Source of the DNA: an uncultured Gemmatimonadota bacterium | Lineage (GTDB): Bacteria > SM23-81 > DAOVCL01 | Assembly: GCA_964626665.1 (NCBI GenBank) | Contig: CAZVGK010000005.1 | Span: 60,069 to 120,674, forward strand | DNA length: 60,606 bases | Direction of reading: 5' to 3' | Shown: positions 27,005 to 36,782 of the stretch, piece by piece | How the letters are laid out: each line of letters begins with the position of its first letter | How positions within the stretch are numbered: position 1 is the stretch's first letter | Notes under the pieces: model-generated | Told to the model about the DNA's origin: nothing | Seen by the model: the letters and a program-made list of their open reading frames with translations, nothing else | The model's database searches: none | Position numbers and translations under genes: made by a program

Positions 27005-30000
27005 CTATTTCATCACCACTGCCTTGCCGTAGGCACCGGCTTTTAAGCTATTGCCTGAGGAGCCAGTGCTTCTGGCTACTACCTTATAAATATAAACCCC
27101 ATTGGCTATTCTGTCCCCGTCCCCATCCAACCCATCCCAGGGTTGGAGATTGTAACCAGGCTTGCCAGAGGCGTTCTTGATGGTTTTGATCAGCCTTCCA
27201 GCCAGGGTGAATATCTCGATATTTACCTGAGAGGGAAGGCTTAGTTGGTAGGAGAAGTAAGTCTTTTTCTTGAAGGGATTGGGATAGTTCATAAGTTCAG
27301 TTATTAGTAGCCGGTCGGAGGAGACTACCGTGAACTCCACCCTCTTTTCTGTGGGGTTGTTGTAGCTGTCCCAGGCCCTAAAAGTTATGGTATGTTTCCC
27401 AGCACTGAGAGCGGGGAGGGTATACTCCAGAGAACCTCCTTTTGGGCTATTCAAATCATATTGGAAATTGTCGGTGAGGTCAATAAGATCCTGACTCTCA
27501 TCCACCTGTAGGGTTATCCCATGTCCTACCACTTTTGTGAGGTTGATCCCGTGCTCGTCGTAGATATGGGCCTTGAGGGTTGGCTGGCTCACCACTAAGT
27601 CCCCACTCTGAAAGGTCTGGCCAGCGAATTCTATGTTTATGGTGGGGCCAGTGGTATCATCCTCCACACCTGTAGCCGTCCCGGCTACCTTAATGTTATC
27701 TAAGGCTCCTGCACCGTCAACTTGGTCATTATAGATATATGTGCTTATTCGGGCCAAATCCCCCTGATAGCTTATATCTTTGGGGACAAAGAAGCTCATC
27801 TGAAACTTTCCTTCCTTCACCTCCGCCTCTCCTCGAAAGATGGCCCTACCAGGGAGGAGGTAGGATACAACCTCGTCAGTAGAGGCTACTGTATGGCTGC
27901 CCTCATATTTGGAGTCATAAACTGTTAGATGAACGATGCCATCAAAATCACTTTGAAAGTGGTCTGCTCTATCAAAGACCTTTCCCTTTATTTTCATCTC
28001 TGAGAGGGCACAGAGGGAATCCGGAGAGGCAGTAAGGCTGTCCACATTGAGTTGGGGGCCCAATCTCAATGCCGGATCACCGAGAATCAGATAAAGGCTG
28101 CTATTGTGACCAAAATCCTGATACTCTACTTTAGCTGCCCAAAGAGCCTGCCCCATGGTATTCATTGAGGAATTAAGTAAATGCTTAAAAAATCTCCAGT
28201 TTAAATTAAAATTTTGATCTCCATAACTAGCTCTAGTAGCGGAGATAGACGCGATAGCCCCTTTTCCTTCTACTCTGACCAGTCTCTCTGAGATACATTC
28301 GTTGCCGGTATGATCAAAAAATCCCACCTGACAGGAAGCTGAATAGACTAAAGGGAGTTTAACTCCATTATGTAGTTTAGGGATGTCTCTAAATGAATCG
28401 AATACTGATTCGTGGGCCCAGACGCGATAATTACCATGTCCTATATAATCAATGATAAGGGCACCCTGGTTATAGGCGTCTATCAATGCCTCTTGTGCTT
28501 CAGGAACACTACGACCTATCCTCCTATAATTCATTAGATAAATCTTTTCAGTGTCAAATATCTTTTTAGGGACTCTATTTTTCATTAGGCTTTCCATATC
28601 TACAGTATGTGTTGTCTCCGAATTACCAGACCCAAACTCATCATCTGCCACTCCCACTATCACTTTTCTCCAGGGGCCGAAGGTGGATGAGTTTTCATAA
28701 TTTATGATTTTGTTCACTACTATTTCCGTTTCCCTCCAGGAACGAACTGGTAACCTTCCAGGAATCATATCTATATCACCTGAAGTAAAGTAGACATAGT
28801 TGTCATCTGTGCATCTTGTTGTGGTGGAGTGCTCCCAAGGCGGAATATACTGCGGAGGGGCAGACCTGGTGTTGTTCTTGTAATCATAGTTTCCATCCCC
28901 GACCAGGAGGACATATTCCGGAGTGTGGGATTGATTCCAATGCAGGAACGCATATCTCAAAAAATCCCTTATGGCTGTGGGGTCAAAAAGTCCCCAGGAG
29001 AATTCATTATAGACATCGGATACCTTTACAATCTTGACATATAAGCTATCTTCCTCTTTCTCTTCTCTTAAGTCCTTCAAAGGCTTAACCTGGTCATAGA
29101 AATCATCGTAGGTGATGATGATGTAATTAGCCAAGTTTGTATTGTCTCTGAGTCCAGGGATTTCTACCCTCTCCAATCTGCTTACCTTTTTCAGATTTCC
29201 TTCTGAGGCAAGATAATATAGGTCCCTGGTGGTGTCTGAGGCAGTAGTTTCAAAGGTCAATCTGTTGGCAGAAAACGAGGGGTTTACTATCCTTTTCACC
29301 CTGAAAAGGTTGGAGATGTCAAAAATATAAGTAGTCTGAGAGAAACCAGAGACAGAATATTTGATAGAGCCGGTTGTATTAGGGGCGGGAAATTTTAATA
29401 TTCCATCCTTGGCCTCAAATCTGCGGCTATACTCAATTTCATAATAGTTAATGTATTGAGGGCTACTAAAATTGAACTCAAAGTGATTTAGGCCATCTTT
29501 CAAGTTGTCGGTTTTAAATTGGGATGCATATTTGCCGTTAACCTTAACTGAGTTGCTTTCAGGATCTGATTTAATATCTGCCGTATCCCCAGTTACTACT
29601 CCACTGAGGTTGATATAGTCCTCTAAGAAGGAATCTTTTTTCCAATACCAGGAGTAGAGATTGTAATCGTAAATATCAATGCTCTTATTAATCTTATCCA
29701 TCTCCCGATGTATCCTGTCTCGGAAGCTCTTCGGTTCATAGGGGTTAGAAGCTTGAGGAGAACCATTTATGGTGTCCATTCTCGCTGGATTTCCTGGGAT
29801 AGAATTTTCCCCATAGGTGAACCAGTATACATTCTCATCGGTAAAGAGATTGGTGTCATGGCTAAATTCTCCTGTGTATCTGTCAAACCTCCAGCCGGTG
29901 GTGGGTAGGGCATAGAAGAGGATAAGGTCGGAATCGTCAAAGATTCCATCCGATTCACCTTTGATATAAATGGCTACCTCTTCTAAAGTGGGGGGTAGAT

Positions 30001-30919
30001 CAGATACCCCCCGAAGCAACATCTTTCCGCAACTACTGGCGGTGAATATGCGGATGGTGCTGGGGTCGACCCCATCGAGGCCGGCCTTGCGCAGGGTTGA
30101 TTTGTCAATCTTATAGATTCCCTCTTCCTTTATCTCCATCTTATACCAGTCGGAGGAGAGGTAAAATGGGTTCTCGGTGGTCAATTTGGGTGAGATTTTA
30201 AACAGGGGATTTCCCCTCCAGGCTTTAGAGAGTTGGTAATTGAGGATAACTGCTTTGTAGGCAGATTCAAAACCGTCTTTATAATTGAACCTGGTAAATT
30301 CGCTCTTTACTTTGGGGAAAGAGAGACTGACCTTCACCTCTTTGTTAAACATAACTTCCCTTCTCTGAGGGTTGAACTGAAATGGATATATGTAGACCCT
30401 CACCGTCTTTTGATGTCGCAGAAATCCTGGATCATCCCATTTCACGGGTTGAGAAGGGAAAAGGAGGTCTTTTCCATAAACTTCTTTCAGAGGTTCATAG
30501 CTCAGCCTGTAACCGACCTCTGAATCTTTGTCCTTCAAGATCTTAGGGACAGGGGCTATCCGGACATCCTTTATAGTAGAGCTTTGCAAAATTTGAGTAT
30601 GGACTTTTACTCCAGCATCTAAGGGTATGCCTATCAGTATGACTTTAACTGGCAAACCTGGTTTCCCGGTCTCCTCAGTAGCCCCACATTTGGGAAGGGT
30701 AACCCTGTCAAATACTCCATTTTCCGTGCTTAGCTTCTCCCAGTTTGGCTCTGGAGCCTGATAGATAAAGCTAATACCTTTAGAGTTTGAGGTTAGAACC
30801 TTTGTGTGGGGATGGGTATTAAAGGCAGATGCTCCAGAAAAGGAGAACAGAGAGAGGATTAACCCCAGCAGTAAATATAAATTTTTGCCTGACGACAACG
30901 TGTACCCCCTGAAAAACAT
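27005..30919 (-). CDS. porU: Type IX secretion sortase PorU-like C25 (gingipain-family) cysteine peptidase with propeptide
   Basis: Propeptide GKPGLPVK, YVLLVGDG, GRLPV, YIGHG (His), SASCQVGFFD (Cys), LGDPA, FFVPKDISY, AWDSYNN, NYPNPF C-terminus; adjacent to a porV-like gene. Confidence 0.85.
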   Translation of the reverse strand: MFFRGYTLSSGKNLYLLLGLILSLFSFSGASAFNTHPHTKVLTSNSKGISFIYQAPEPNWEKLSTENGVFDRVTLPKCGATEETGKPGLPVKVILIGIPLDAGVKVHTQILQSSTIKDVRIAPVPKILKDKDSEVGYRLSYEPLKEVYGKDLLFPSQPVKWDDPGFLRHQKTVRVYIYPFQFNPQRREVMFNKEVKVSLSFPKVKSEFTRFNYKDGFESAYKAVILNYQLSKAWRGNPLFKISPKLTTENPFYLSSDWYKMEIKEEGIYKIDKSTLRKAGLDGVDPSTIRIFTASSCGKMLLRGVSDLPPTLEEVAIYIKGESDGIFDDSDLILFYALPTTGWRFDRYTGEFSHDTNLFTDENVYWFTYGENSIPGNPARMDTINGSPQASNPYEPKSFRDRIHREMDKINKSIDIYDYNLYSWYWKKDSFLEDYINLSGVVTGDTADIKSDPESNSVKVNGKYASQFKTDNLKDGLNHFEFNFSSPQYINYYEIEYSRRFEAKDGILKFPAPNTTGSIKYSVSGFSQTTYIFDISNLFRVKRIVNPSFSANRLTFETTASDTTRDLYYLASEGNLKKVSRLERVEIPGLRDNTNLANYIIITYDDFYDQVKPLKDLREEKEEDSLYVKIVKVSDVYNEFSWGLFDPTAIRDFLRYAFLHWNQSHTPEYVLLVGDGNYDYKNNTRSAPPQYIPPWEHSTTTRCTDDNYVYFTSGDIDMIPGRLPVRSWRETEIVVNKIINYENSSTFGPWRKVIVGVADDEFGSGNSETTHTVDMESLMKNRVPKKIFDTEKIYLMNYRRIGRSVPEAQEALIDAYNQGALIIDYIGHGNYRVWAHESVFDSFRDIPKLHNGVKLPLVYSASCQVGFFDHTGNECISERLVRVEGKGAIASISATRASYGDQNFNLNWRFFKHLLNSSMNTMGQALWAAKVEYQDFGHNSSLYLILGDPALRLGPQLNVDSLTASPDSLCALSEMKIKGKVFDRADHFQSDFDGIVHLTVYDSKYEGSHTVASTDEVVSYLLPGRAIFRGEAEVKEGKFQMSFFVPKDISYQGDLARISTYIYNDQVDGAGALDNIKVAGTATGVEDDTTGPTINIEFAGQTFQSGDLVVSQPTLKAHIYDEHGINLTKVVGHGITLQVDESQDLIDLTDNFQYDLNSPKGGSLEYTLPALSAGKHTITFRAWDSYNNPTEKRVEFTVVSSDRLLITELMNYPNPFKKKTYFSYQLSLPSQVNIEIFTLAGRLIKTIKNASGKPGYNLQPWDGLDGDGDRIANGVYIYKVVARSTGSSGNSLKAGAYGKAVVMK

Positions 30920-31080
30920 AACACTTTACCACGGAACCTCACGGAACCAGAGAATGAAAAATTATACAATAATCAATTAACAATTAGCAAGTTAAAATTA
31001 GGATAAAGACAGAAAATCCTGAGATACCGTTTTCTATTGATAATTGCTCATTTCCTTATCGGTCCGTGGTTATTCGTTAC

Positions 31081-31114
31081 AAAAAAACTGGGTTATGATA
31101 GTTCCTTAACCCAG
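31081..31114 (-). terminator. Intrinsic terminator in the porU leader (CTGGGTTA-N11-TAACCCAG plus T7)
   Basis: Perfect 8-bp stem followed by a U tract on the minus strand. Confidence 0.7.
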
Positions 31115-31266
31115 TTAGTAGTTACTCGCTAATCCCTATTCAAAAACTGTGAGTGCTAAGGAACTATCAGTTAAAAGGTAAGGAATGACAATAATATTCG
31201 CCTAATTTTGAAACTTACCCCGTCCTTTTAACAGTTCCCTATATACACTCCTCCTTAGTTTCTTAT

Positions 31267-31295
31267 AAAATAAGGAAAGAAAAAAACCTTGTCAA
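31267..31295 (-). promoter_or_regulatory. Sigma70-type promoter TTGACA-17-TATTTT facing porU
   Basis: -35 at 31295-31290, -10 at 31272-31267. Confidence 0.6.
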
Positions 31296-31642
31296 GCTTT
31301 TTTTTATTATTAGGCCAGAAAAGTTTAAAGAGCACTATTTGGTGATTAAACGGATAGGTTTCTCTGGATGTGCATCTTCGATAGAGACGCCATTCTCAAC
31401 CTGGATGTTTTTTTTGGGGGGGGAGGGGGGGAGAAACCTCTTCTGCCCCAGTGGGATTTCAAGGGCTGTCAGCCCCGTTCCGACGGGATTCCTGGCGGAA
31501 GAGGTTTCTCCTGACAGCACGCTTTTGAACCGCTCGGTCAACTGACTGCCGATCCCTGTAAACTGTCACCTTCATTTTACATTAGAACCTTCAGCAAAAA
31601 AGATTTGATTTGGGGAGGAATATTTGTTATTATGCCCAAGAC

Positions 31643-32389
31643 ATGGCTATCTACTTTATCTCTGATGCCCATTTAGGTGATGATGAGGAGAGAGAAAGGA
31701 AACTGATCTCCTTCCTGGATGGGATCAAAGGATGTGAGTTGCTTTACATCTTAGGGGATCTCTTCGACTTCTGGTTTGAATACCGCACTGTAATCCCCAG
31801 CCAGTATATAAGGACGATCTGTAAATTACTGGAATTAACCCAAACGGGAACCAAAATCGTCTATTTGGCAGGTAACCATGATTTCTGGCTGGGAAAATTC
31901 TTGAGTTCCCGGATAGGAATTCAAGTGGAACCTGGTCCTCTCCAAGTGGAACATCAGGGTCTGAGGATGTATCTCTCCCATGGGGATGGCATCGTCAAGG
32001 GAGAGGTAGGCTACCGATTTCTGAGGAGGATGTTGAGGAATCCTTTTAACATTGCCCTCTTTCGCCTCCTCCATCCTGATCTTGCTTTCTCTTTGGCCAA
32101 GGGGATTTCTAAGCTTAGCCGTGGTTCTACCCAAGGTAAAGGGGAGAAGCTTCTTAAGGATTATGAGAAGTTTGCCTCAGAGTTGATCCAGGAAGGAATG
32201 GATGCCGCGATCTTGGCCCACATCCACTGGCCAGTCTACAAAAAGCTGGCTGGGGGAGTCTATATTAACTTGGGCGATTGGATCACCCACTACACATTTG
32301 GGAAGTTAGAGAAAGGGATTTTGAGCCTGGAGAGGTGGGAGACTCCTGGATCCAACCGTTTTCCAGCCCCGCAAAATCCAGGGCCATAA
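31643..32389 (+). CDS. lpxH: UDP-2,3-diacylglucosamine diphosphatase (LpxH-like metallophosphoesterase)
   Basis: FISDAHLG, LGDLFDFWFEY, GNHD, HGDG, HIH motifs; ATG 31643 preferred as start. Confidence 0.85.
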   Translation: MAIYFISDAHLGDDEERERKLISFLDGIKGCELLYILGDLFDFWFEYRTVIPSQYIRTICKLLELTQTGTKIVYLAGNHDFWLGKFLSSRIGIQVEPGPLQVEHQGLRMYLSHGDGIVKGEVGYRFLRRMLRNPFNIALFRLLHPDLAFSLAKGISKLSRGSTQGKGEKLLKDYEKFASELIQEGMDAAILAHIHWPVYKKLAGGVYINLGDWITHYTFGKLEKGILSLERWETPGSNRFPAPQNPGP

Positions 32390-33251
32390 AGGCCTGCTTG
32401 AGCTCCTCAGGGGTAATTTCCCTCCCCAACAACGGATGGCCTTTTGCCTTCCAGAGCGGTAGGTATTGACTCATTAGGCTGACGGAGATAGAAGGGGAGA
32501 GTTCCTGGGCGATGAAGAAAAGGATCTTCTCGGCCCCAAAAAGGTTGCCAGGGAGGAGGAGATGACGGATGATTAGCCCTCGTTTGGCGATTCCATTCTG
32601 ATCAGTTAAGAGGTCCCCCACCTGGCGATACATCTCCTTTATTGCCCTTTTGGCCACTTGCGGGTAATCCGGAACCTGAGAGTATCTCATTCCTGTCTCT
32701 GCCTTAAAATATTTGAAATCCGAGAGATATATGTCCACCACTCCATCTATGAGTCTCAAAGTCTGTAGGCTCTCGTATCCACTTGTGTTATAGACGAGGG
32801 GCAGGTGGAATCCTTTATCTACGGCAAGCGTGAGGGCAGAGAGGATTTGAGGAACGAAATGGGTGGGAGTGACCAGATTTAGATTGTGGCAACCCATTTT
32901 TTGGAGATAGAGCATCATATGGGAGAGGAGCTGGGGAGAGATTTCCCTCCCTTTTCCCTGCTGGCTAAAAGGGTAATTCTGGCAGTAGAGGCATTTTAGA
33001 GGACAACCCGAGAAGAAGATCACCCCTGATCCTCTCCATCCACTAATGGGAGGTTCCTCTCCAAAGTGGATTTTAAATTTATAAACCTTTGCCTTCTTTC
33101 CTGCTCCGCAAAGGCCCCTTTGATCTTGAAGCCTGTCTACTTCACATTTTCGGGGGCAGAGGGAGCAGGTTTGGAGTAATTTGTATGCCTCCTCTGCCTT
33201 TTCCCTCAGTTCGCCCTTTTGGGCGAGCTCTAAATAGGCTGGATAGCTCAT
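32283..33251 (-). CDS. Radical SAM protein, PflX-like
   Basis: CSLCPRKC, HFGEEPPISG, CPLKCLYCQN (CxxxCxxC), IIRHLLLP. Confidence 0.9.
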   Translation of the reverse strand: MSYPAYLELAQKGELREKAEEAYKLLQTCSLCPRKCEVDRLQDQRGLCGAGKKAKVYKFKIHFGEEPPISGWRGSGVIFFSGCPLKCLYCQNYPFSQQGKGREISPQLLSHMMLYLQKMGCHNLNLVTPTHFVPQILSALTLAVDKGFHLPLVYNTSGYESLQTLRLIDGVVDIYLSDFKYFKAETGMRYSQVPDYPQVAKRAIKEMYRQVGDLLTDQNGIAKRGLIIRHLLLPGNLFGAEKILFFIAQELSPSISVSLMSQYLPLWKAKGHPLLGREITPEELKQAFMALDFAGLENGWIQESPTSPGSKSLSLTSQMCSG

Positions 33252-33407
33252 ATCAGATTATGCATTAAACATTGAAAAGCACCGAAAAACACCAAGATAA
33301 CAAGAAATCCGAAAAAAATTTCACCTAAAAAATGTCCTGATAATTCGGAGGTTATAATTCTCTCGGTAGTTTCAGTGTCATTCGGTGTTTCGACGCATGA
33401 TTTAGGC

Positions 33408-34070
33408 TTATCTCTGTCCCCTCAAGGAGTCTATGGCCTCCTTATAATCCGCGGACTTGAATATGGCAGTTCCAGCGTCTAATATAATTGCCCCAGCCTC
33501 AATGATTTCAACGGCATTCTGAGGGCCCACTCCTCCATCAACGGCGATCTCCAGTTGGATATCCCTCCGGCTTATCCATTGGGCAGCCTCCTTGATTTTC
33601 TCCAACACTACAGGAATAAACTCCTGGCCACCAAAGCCAGGGTTTACTGACATCAGAAGGAGAAGGTCTATCTTTTTCAAAAAGGGGATTATAGAGCTAA
33701 AGGGGGTCTGAGGATTTAGGGCTACCCCCACCTTGGCCTCCAGATTCCTTATCTGCCTAATCACCTCCACAAGGTCGGAACAGACCTCGAGGTGCACGGT
33801 AAGGTAGTCGGCTCCGCTTTTCCGGAAGGCCTCCAGATACCTCTCCGGCCTCTCTATCATCAGGTGGACATCAAGGGGAAGATGGGTCAACCGATCAATG
33901 GCCTTTACTATTAGGGGACCAAAGGATATGTTGGGGACAAAATGTCCATCCATTATATCCAGATGGAGTAGATCTGCCCCAACCTCTTCCACTCTTTTTA
34001 TCTCCTCCCTCAAACAGGAGAAATCTGCTGCCAGTATGGAGGGGGCGATCTTTATCTTTCGCTTATTCAA
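33408..34070 (-). CDS. rpe: Ribulose-phosphate 3-epimerase
   Basis: IAPSILAADF, HLDIMDGHFVPN, DVHLMI, MSVNPGFGGQ, VDGGV. Confidence 0.97.
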   Translation of the reverse strand: MNKRKIKIAPSILAADFSCLREEIKRVEEVGADLLHLDIMDGHFVPNISFGPLIVKAIDRLTHLPLDVHLMIERPERYLEAFRKSGADYLTVHLEVCSDLVEVIRQIRNLEAKVGVALNPQTPFSSIIPFLKKIDLLLLMSVNPGFGGQEFIPVVLEKIKEAAQWISRRDIQLEIAVDGGVGPQNAVEIIEAGAIILDAGTAIFKSADYKEAIDSLRGQR

Positions 34071-34139
34071 TTGGTCTGTGCCTCTCCATAAACTTTCAGT
34101 GGTCTGGAGGTCTGTCCGCTCTCACTTCTCCCAACCTTG

Positions 34140-34530
34140 AGGTGGCATCCCGATTTATGGGGATGCCACGGTCAGATCAGGGGATCTGACCGCTCGGTTT
34201 TTATCTGTACTAGAATCTTGTAAGATCTTGTTTTTTCAACAAAATTTTTTCAGGCTGCTTTGAGTAGAAGACTTCTACCACACTTTAGTGCGGGTTCTTG
34301 GGGTTGAGTCCAGTGAACGGGCTACCCGTCCCGACCCAGAACGGGTAGGAAAGCCGGGTAGAAAAACTGAAAACAATGGGAGGGTGGCAGAATCGGGGTT
34401 CTGCCACCTCGGTGATTCATATTCGTGTAAATTCGTCTATTCGTGTCATTCGTGTTCCAGAGATTCAGTGAAATCTGTGGCCCTCGTTTGGTTGCGGTTT
34501 TGCCGCGCTGGGCAATTCCGTGGTGAACTG
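34140..34530. repeat. Intergenic mosaic of REP-like palindromes and ATTCGTGTC-type nonamer repeats
   Basis: Shares units with 41900-42145, 55597-55670, 57990-58160 and 60420-60525. Confidence 0.75.
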
Positions 34531-34563
34531 TTAAGCCAATTTTCACCTGTTATTCCCCCGTTT

Positions 34564-35310
34564 CTACTCCACCTTACTCACTACCAGGTCAACCCTGGCT
34601 CCCCGGGGGACCGCCTCACCCATTTCCAGGGACTGTTCGATTACCGTCTCTGGTAGCACACTCCTGTCTGCCCTATAGCTGATATTCCCCACCATTATTC
34701 CAGAAGCCCGGGCCAGCTCCTCTGCCTCCTCTATGCTCTTGCCCAAGAAGCTGGGGACCGAGACCGTCTCAGAGCGGGATCCACTGCTCACTATTAGGTC
34801 GATAAGGGATTCTCTTAGGATAGTTGATTTGGCAGGAGGATGGGACTCTATGATCACTCCTTGGGGAATTTGGTCGGAGCTTTTCCAGCTTACATTGCCC
34901 ACCATTAGATGGGCTCTGTGCAGAATAATCTCTGCCTGTCTCAAGGAGAACCCCCTAAGCTCCGGCACTAAAACATCTTCACTGCCTTTGCTGATTATTA
35001 CTCTGATCCCCCTGCCCTTCTTTACCCCTGCCCCTGGGGATGGATCCTGTTGCAAAACAAAGCCCTCGGGGACCAGGTCATCGAACTCTGGGGAGCCTTC
35101 AACCATCCTTAACCCTTTCCTTTGCAGTATCCTGCGGACCTCTTCTTGGTTAAGGTTGGATATATTTGGCACCTTGACCACCCTTTTGGAGCCGACGGTT
35201 AAGGGCATAATTAGTTTGTCCAAGATGAGGATTCCTAAGAGGATGATAAGAATGGAGAGGAAGAGGTAGGTGAACAATTTTGAGAAAAGCCTGCCTATCC
35301 TTTTCATCAT
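34564..35310 (-). CDS. Membrane-anchored PASTA domain protein (3 PASTA repeats)
   Basis: N-terminal TM helix; VPNISN / VPELRG / VPSFLG repeat starts; rsmB-PASTA-rpe context. Confidence 0.9.
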   Translation of the reverse strand: MMKRIGRLFSKLFTYLFLSILIILLGILILDKLIMPLTVGSKRVVKVPNISNLNQEEVRRILQRKGLRMVEGSPEFDDLVPEGFVLQQDPSPGAGVKKGRGIRVIISKGSEDVLVPELRGFSLRQAEIILHRAHLMVGNVSWKSSDQIPQGVIIESHPPAKSTILRESLIDLIVSSGSRSETVSVPSFLGKSIEEAEELARASGIMVGNISYRADRSVLPETVIEQSLEMGEAVPRGARVDLVVSKVE

Positions 35311-36653
35311 CCCACTTTTTTCAAACCAGCGGCAAAGGTGCCGTCGATGTGGTGAATATGAGGATAGGTGATGACGAAACCATCCCGATCGATGAAATTC
35401 TTGGGGATGGCCCTACTTGGCCTTGACAATTTGAACCTCCTGTTCCTGTGGAGAAAATCCTCCACCATAAGTTGGTTTTCCTCTGGCTCTATGGTGCAGG
35501 TGCTATAGACCAGAAAGCCTCCTGCCTTTAAGAGGTCAGCTCCATTTTGTAAAAGATCTCTTTGGAGAACGGCCAATTTTTTTATCCGCTGAGGGGTCAT
35601 CTTCCATCTGAGATCGGCTCTTTTCTTTAAAGCCCCCAGGCCGCTACAGGGAGTATCAATCAGCACCCTGTCCACTGTTGATCTGATACGCACATATCGG
35701 CCATCGCCCCTGCAGAGGAGGACTGAACCTATCCCCAACCTCTGACAGTTTTGCCTTACCATAAGTAACCTTTTACCGCTTATATCCACCCCAATGATCT
35801 TTGCCTCCCCGCGGGTGAGCTGAGCTATGGAGCAGAGTTTCCCCCCGGGGGCAGCACAGAGGTCAATTATCTTCTCGCCGGCCTGGGGCCCTAAGAGCAA
35901 AACCGCCAACCCAGCACTTTGATCTTGTACCTGAAATAACCCGGCAGAAAAAGCTTTGATCTGGAGGGGATTCCCCTTTTCTATCTCATAGAAAGCCCCT
36001 AAATATCTTCCCCTTTCAAATTTTATCCCCTCGGCCCGGAGTTCCCTCTCCAATTCCTCCCCTTTGAACTTAAGGGTGTTTAGTCTTATGCTTATTTTGG
36101 GCCTCTGGTTGTTCCACTCACAGAGTGAGATTGTCTCCTCTAACCCGAATCTTTTTAACCACCTTTTTACCATCCATTCGGGATGGGAGTAATAGATGGA
36201 GATGTGGGGGAGGGGGTCTTCTTTATTTAGGGGGGGATAGGGGAGATTTTCCCTGTCCCTGATGATATTTCTCAGCACCCCATTGACTAAGTTTGCCCAT
36301 CTCTGCCCCTGATGAACCTTGGCCAAGTTTACCGTCTGATCTACAGCGGCAAAGTCCGGTATCCTTTCCGAGAAGATTATCTGATAGCTTCCCAGGCGGA
36401 GCAGGGAGAGAATCTGAGAATTGAGGCTTTTCACCCCTTTGGGGAGGAAAAGGTTTAAAATCCAATCCAGTCTTTTCTTGAACTTTACGCTCCCATTGAC
36501 CAAATCGGTTACCAGGGCCCGGTCTAAGGGGGAGAGTTCAGATGAGCTGAGGAGCCCATCAAGAAGGGGGTCCAGAAGCATATTCCCCTTTTCCCATTTC
36601 CACAAGGCCCGGAAGGCCAGTTCCCGGCTGCGGGTTATACACTGCACGGGCAT
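35307..36653 (-). CDS. rsmB: 16S rRNA m5C967 methyltransferase RsmB/Sun
   Basis: NusB-like N-terminus, SHPEW, VQDQSA, DLCAAPGGK, DTPCSGLG, YSTCTI. Confidence 0.93.
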   Translation of the reverse strand: MPVQCITRSRELAFRALWKWEKGNMLLDPLLDGLLSSSELSPLDRALVTDLVNGSVKFKKRLDWILNLFLPKGVKSLNSQILSLLRLGSYQIIFSERIPDFAAVDQTVNLAKVHQGQRWANLVNGVLRNIIRDRENLPYPPLNKEDPLPHISIYYSHPEWMVKRWLKRFGLEETISLCEWNNQRPKISIRLNTLKFKGEELERELRAEGIKFERGRYLGAFYEIEKGNPLQIKAFSAGLFQVQDQSAGLAVLLLGPQAGEKIIDLCAAPGGKLCSIAQLTRGEAKIIGVDISGKRLLMVRQNCQRLGIGSVLLCRGDGRYVRIRSTVDRVLIDTPCSGLGALKKRADLRWKMTPQRIKKLAVLQRDLLQNGADLLKAGGFLVYSTCTIEPEENQLMVEDFLHRNRRFKLSRPSRAIPKNFIDRDGFVITYPHIHHIDGTFAAGLKKVG

Positions 36654-36666
36654 AAATGGCGTTTCT

Positions 36667-36752
36667 TAACCGCAAAGTTCGCAAAGAAGACACAAAGGTA
36701 GGAAAGGAAAATCTTTGCGAACTCTGCGCCACCTTTGTGTTCTTTGCGGTTG
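36667..36752. repeat. Inverted-repeat hairpin (AACCGCAAAG...CTTTGCGGTT) with short internal tandem repeats
   Basis: Matching ends; half-copy at about 5300-5322. Confidence 0.7.
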
Positions 36753-36782
36753 TTTTTTCTCTCCGAAAAATGACCCTATTTT

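Noticed and set aside
34288-34656. ORFs in the rpe-PASTA intergenic region, and similar ORFs at 31335-31545, 43304-43522 and 58152-58358
   Set aside because: They overlap REP mosaics or leader hairpins and have no protein-like motifs.
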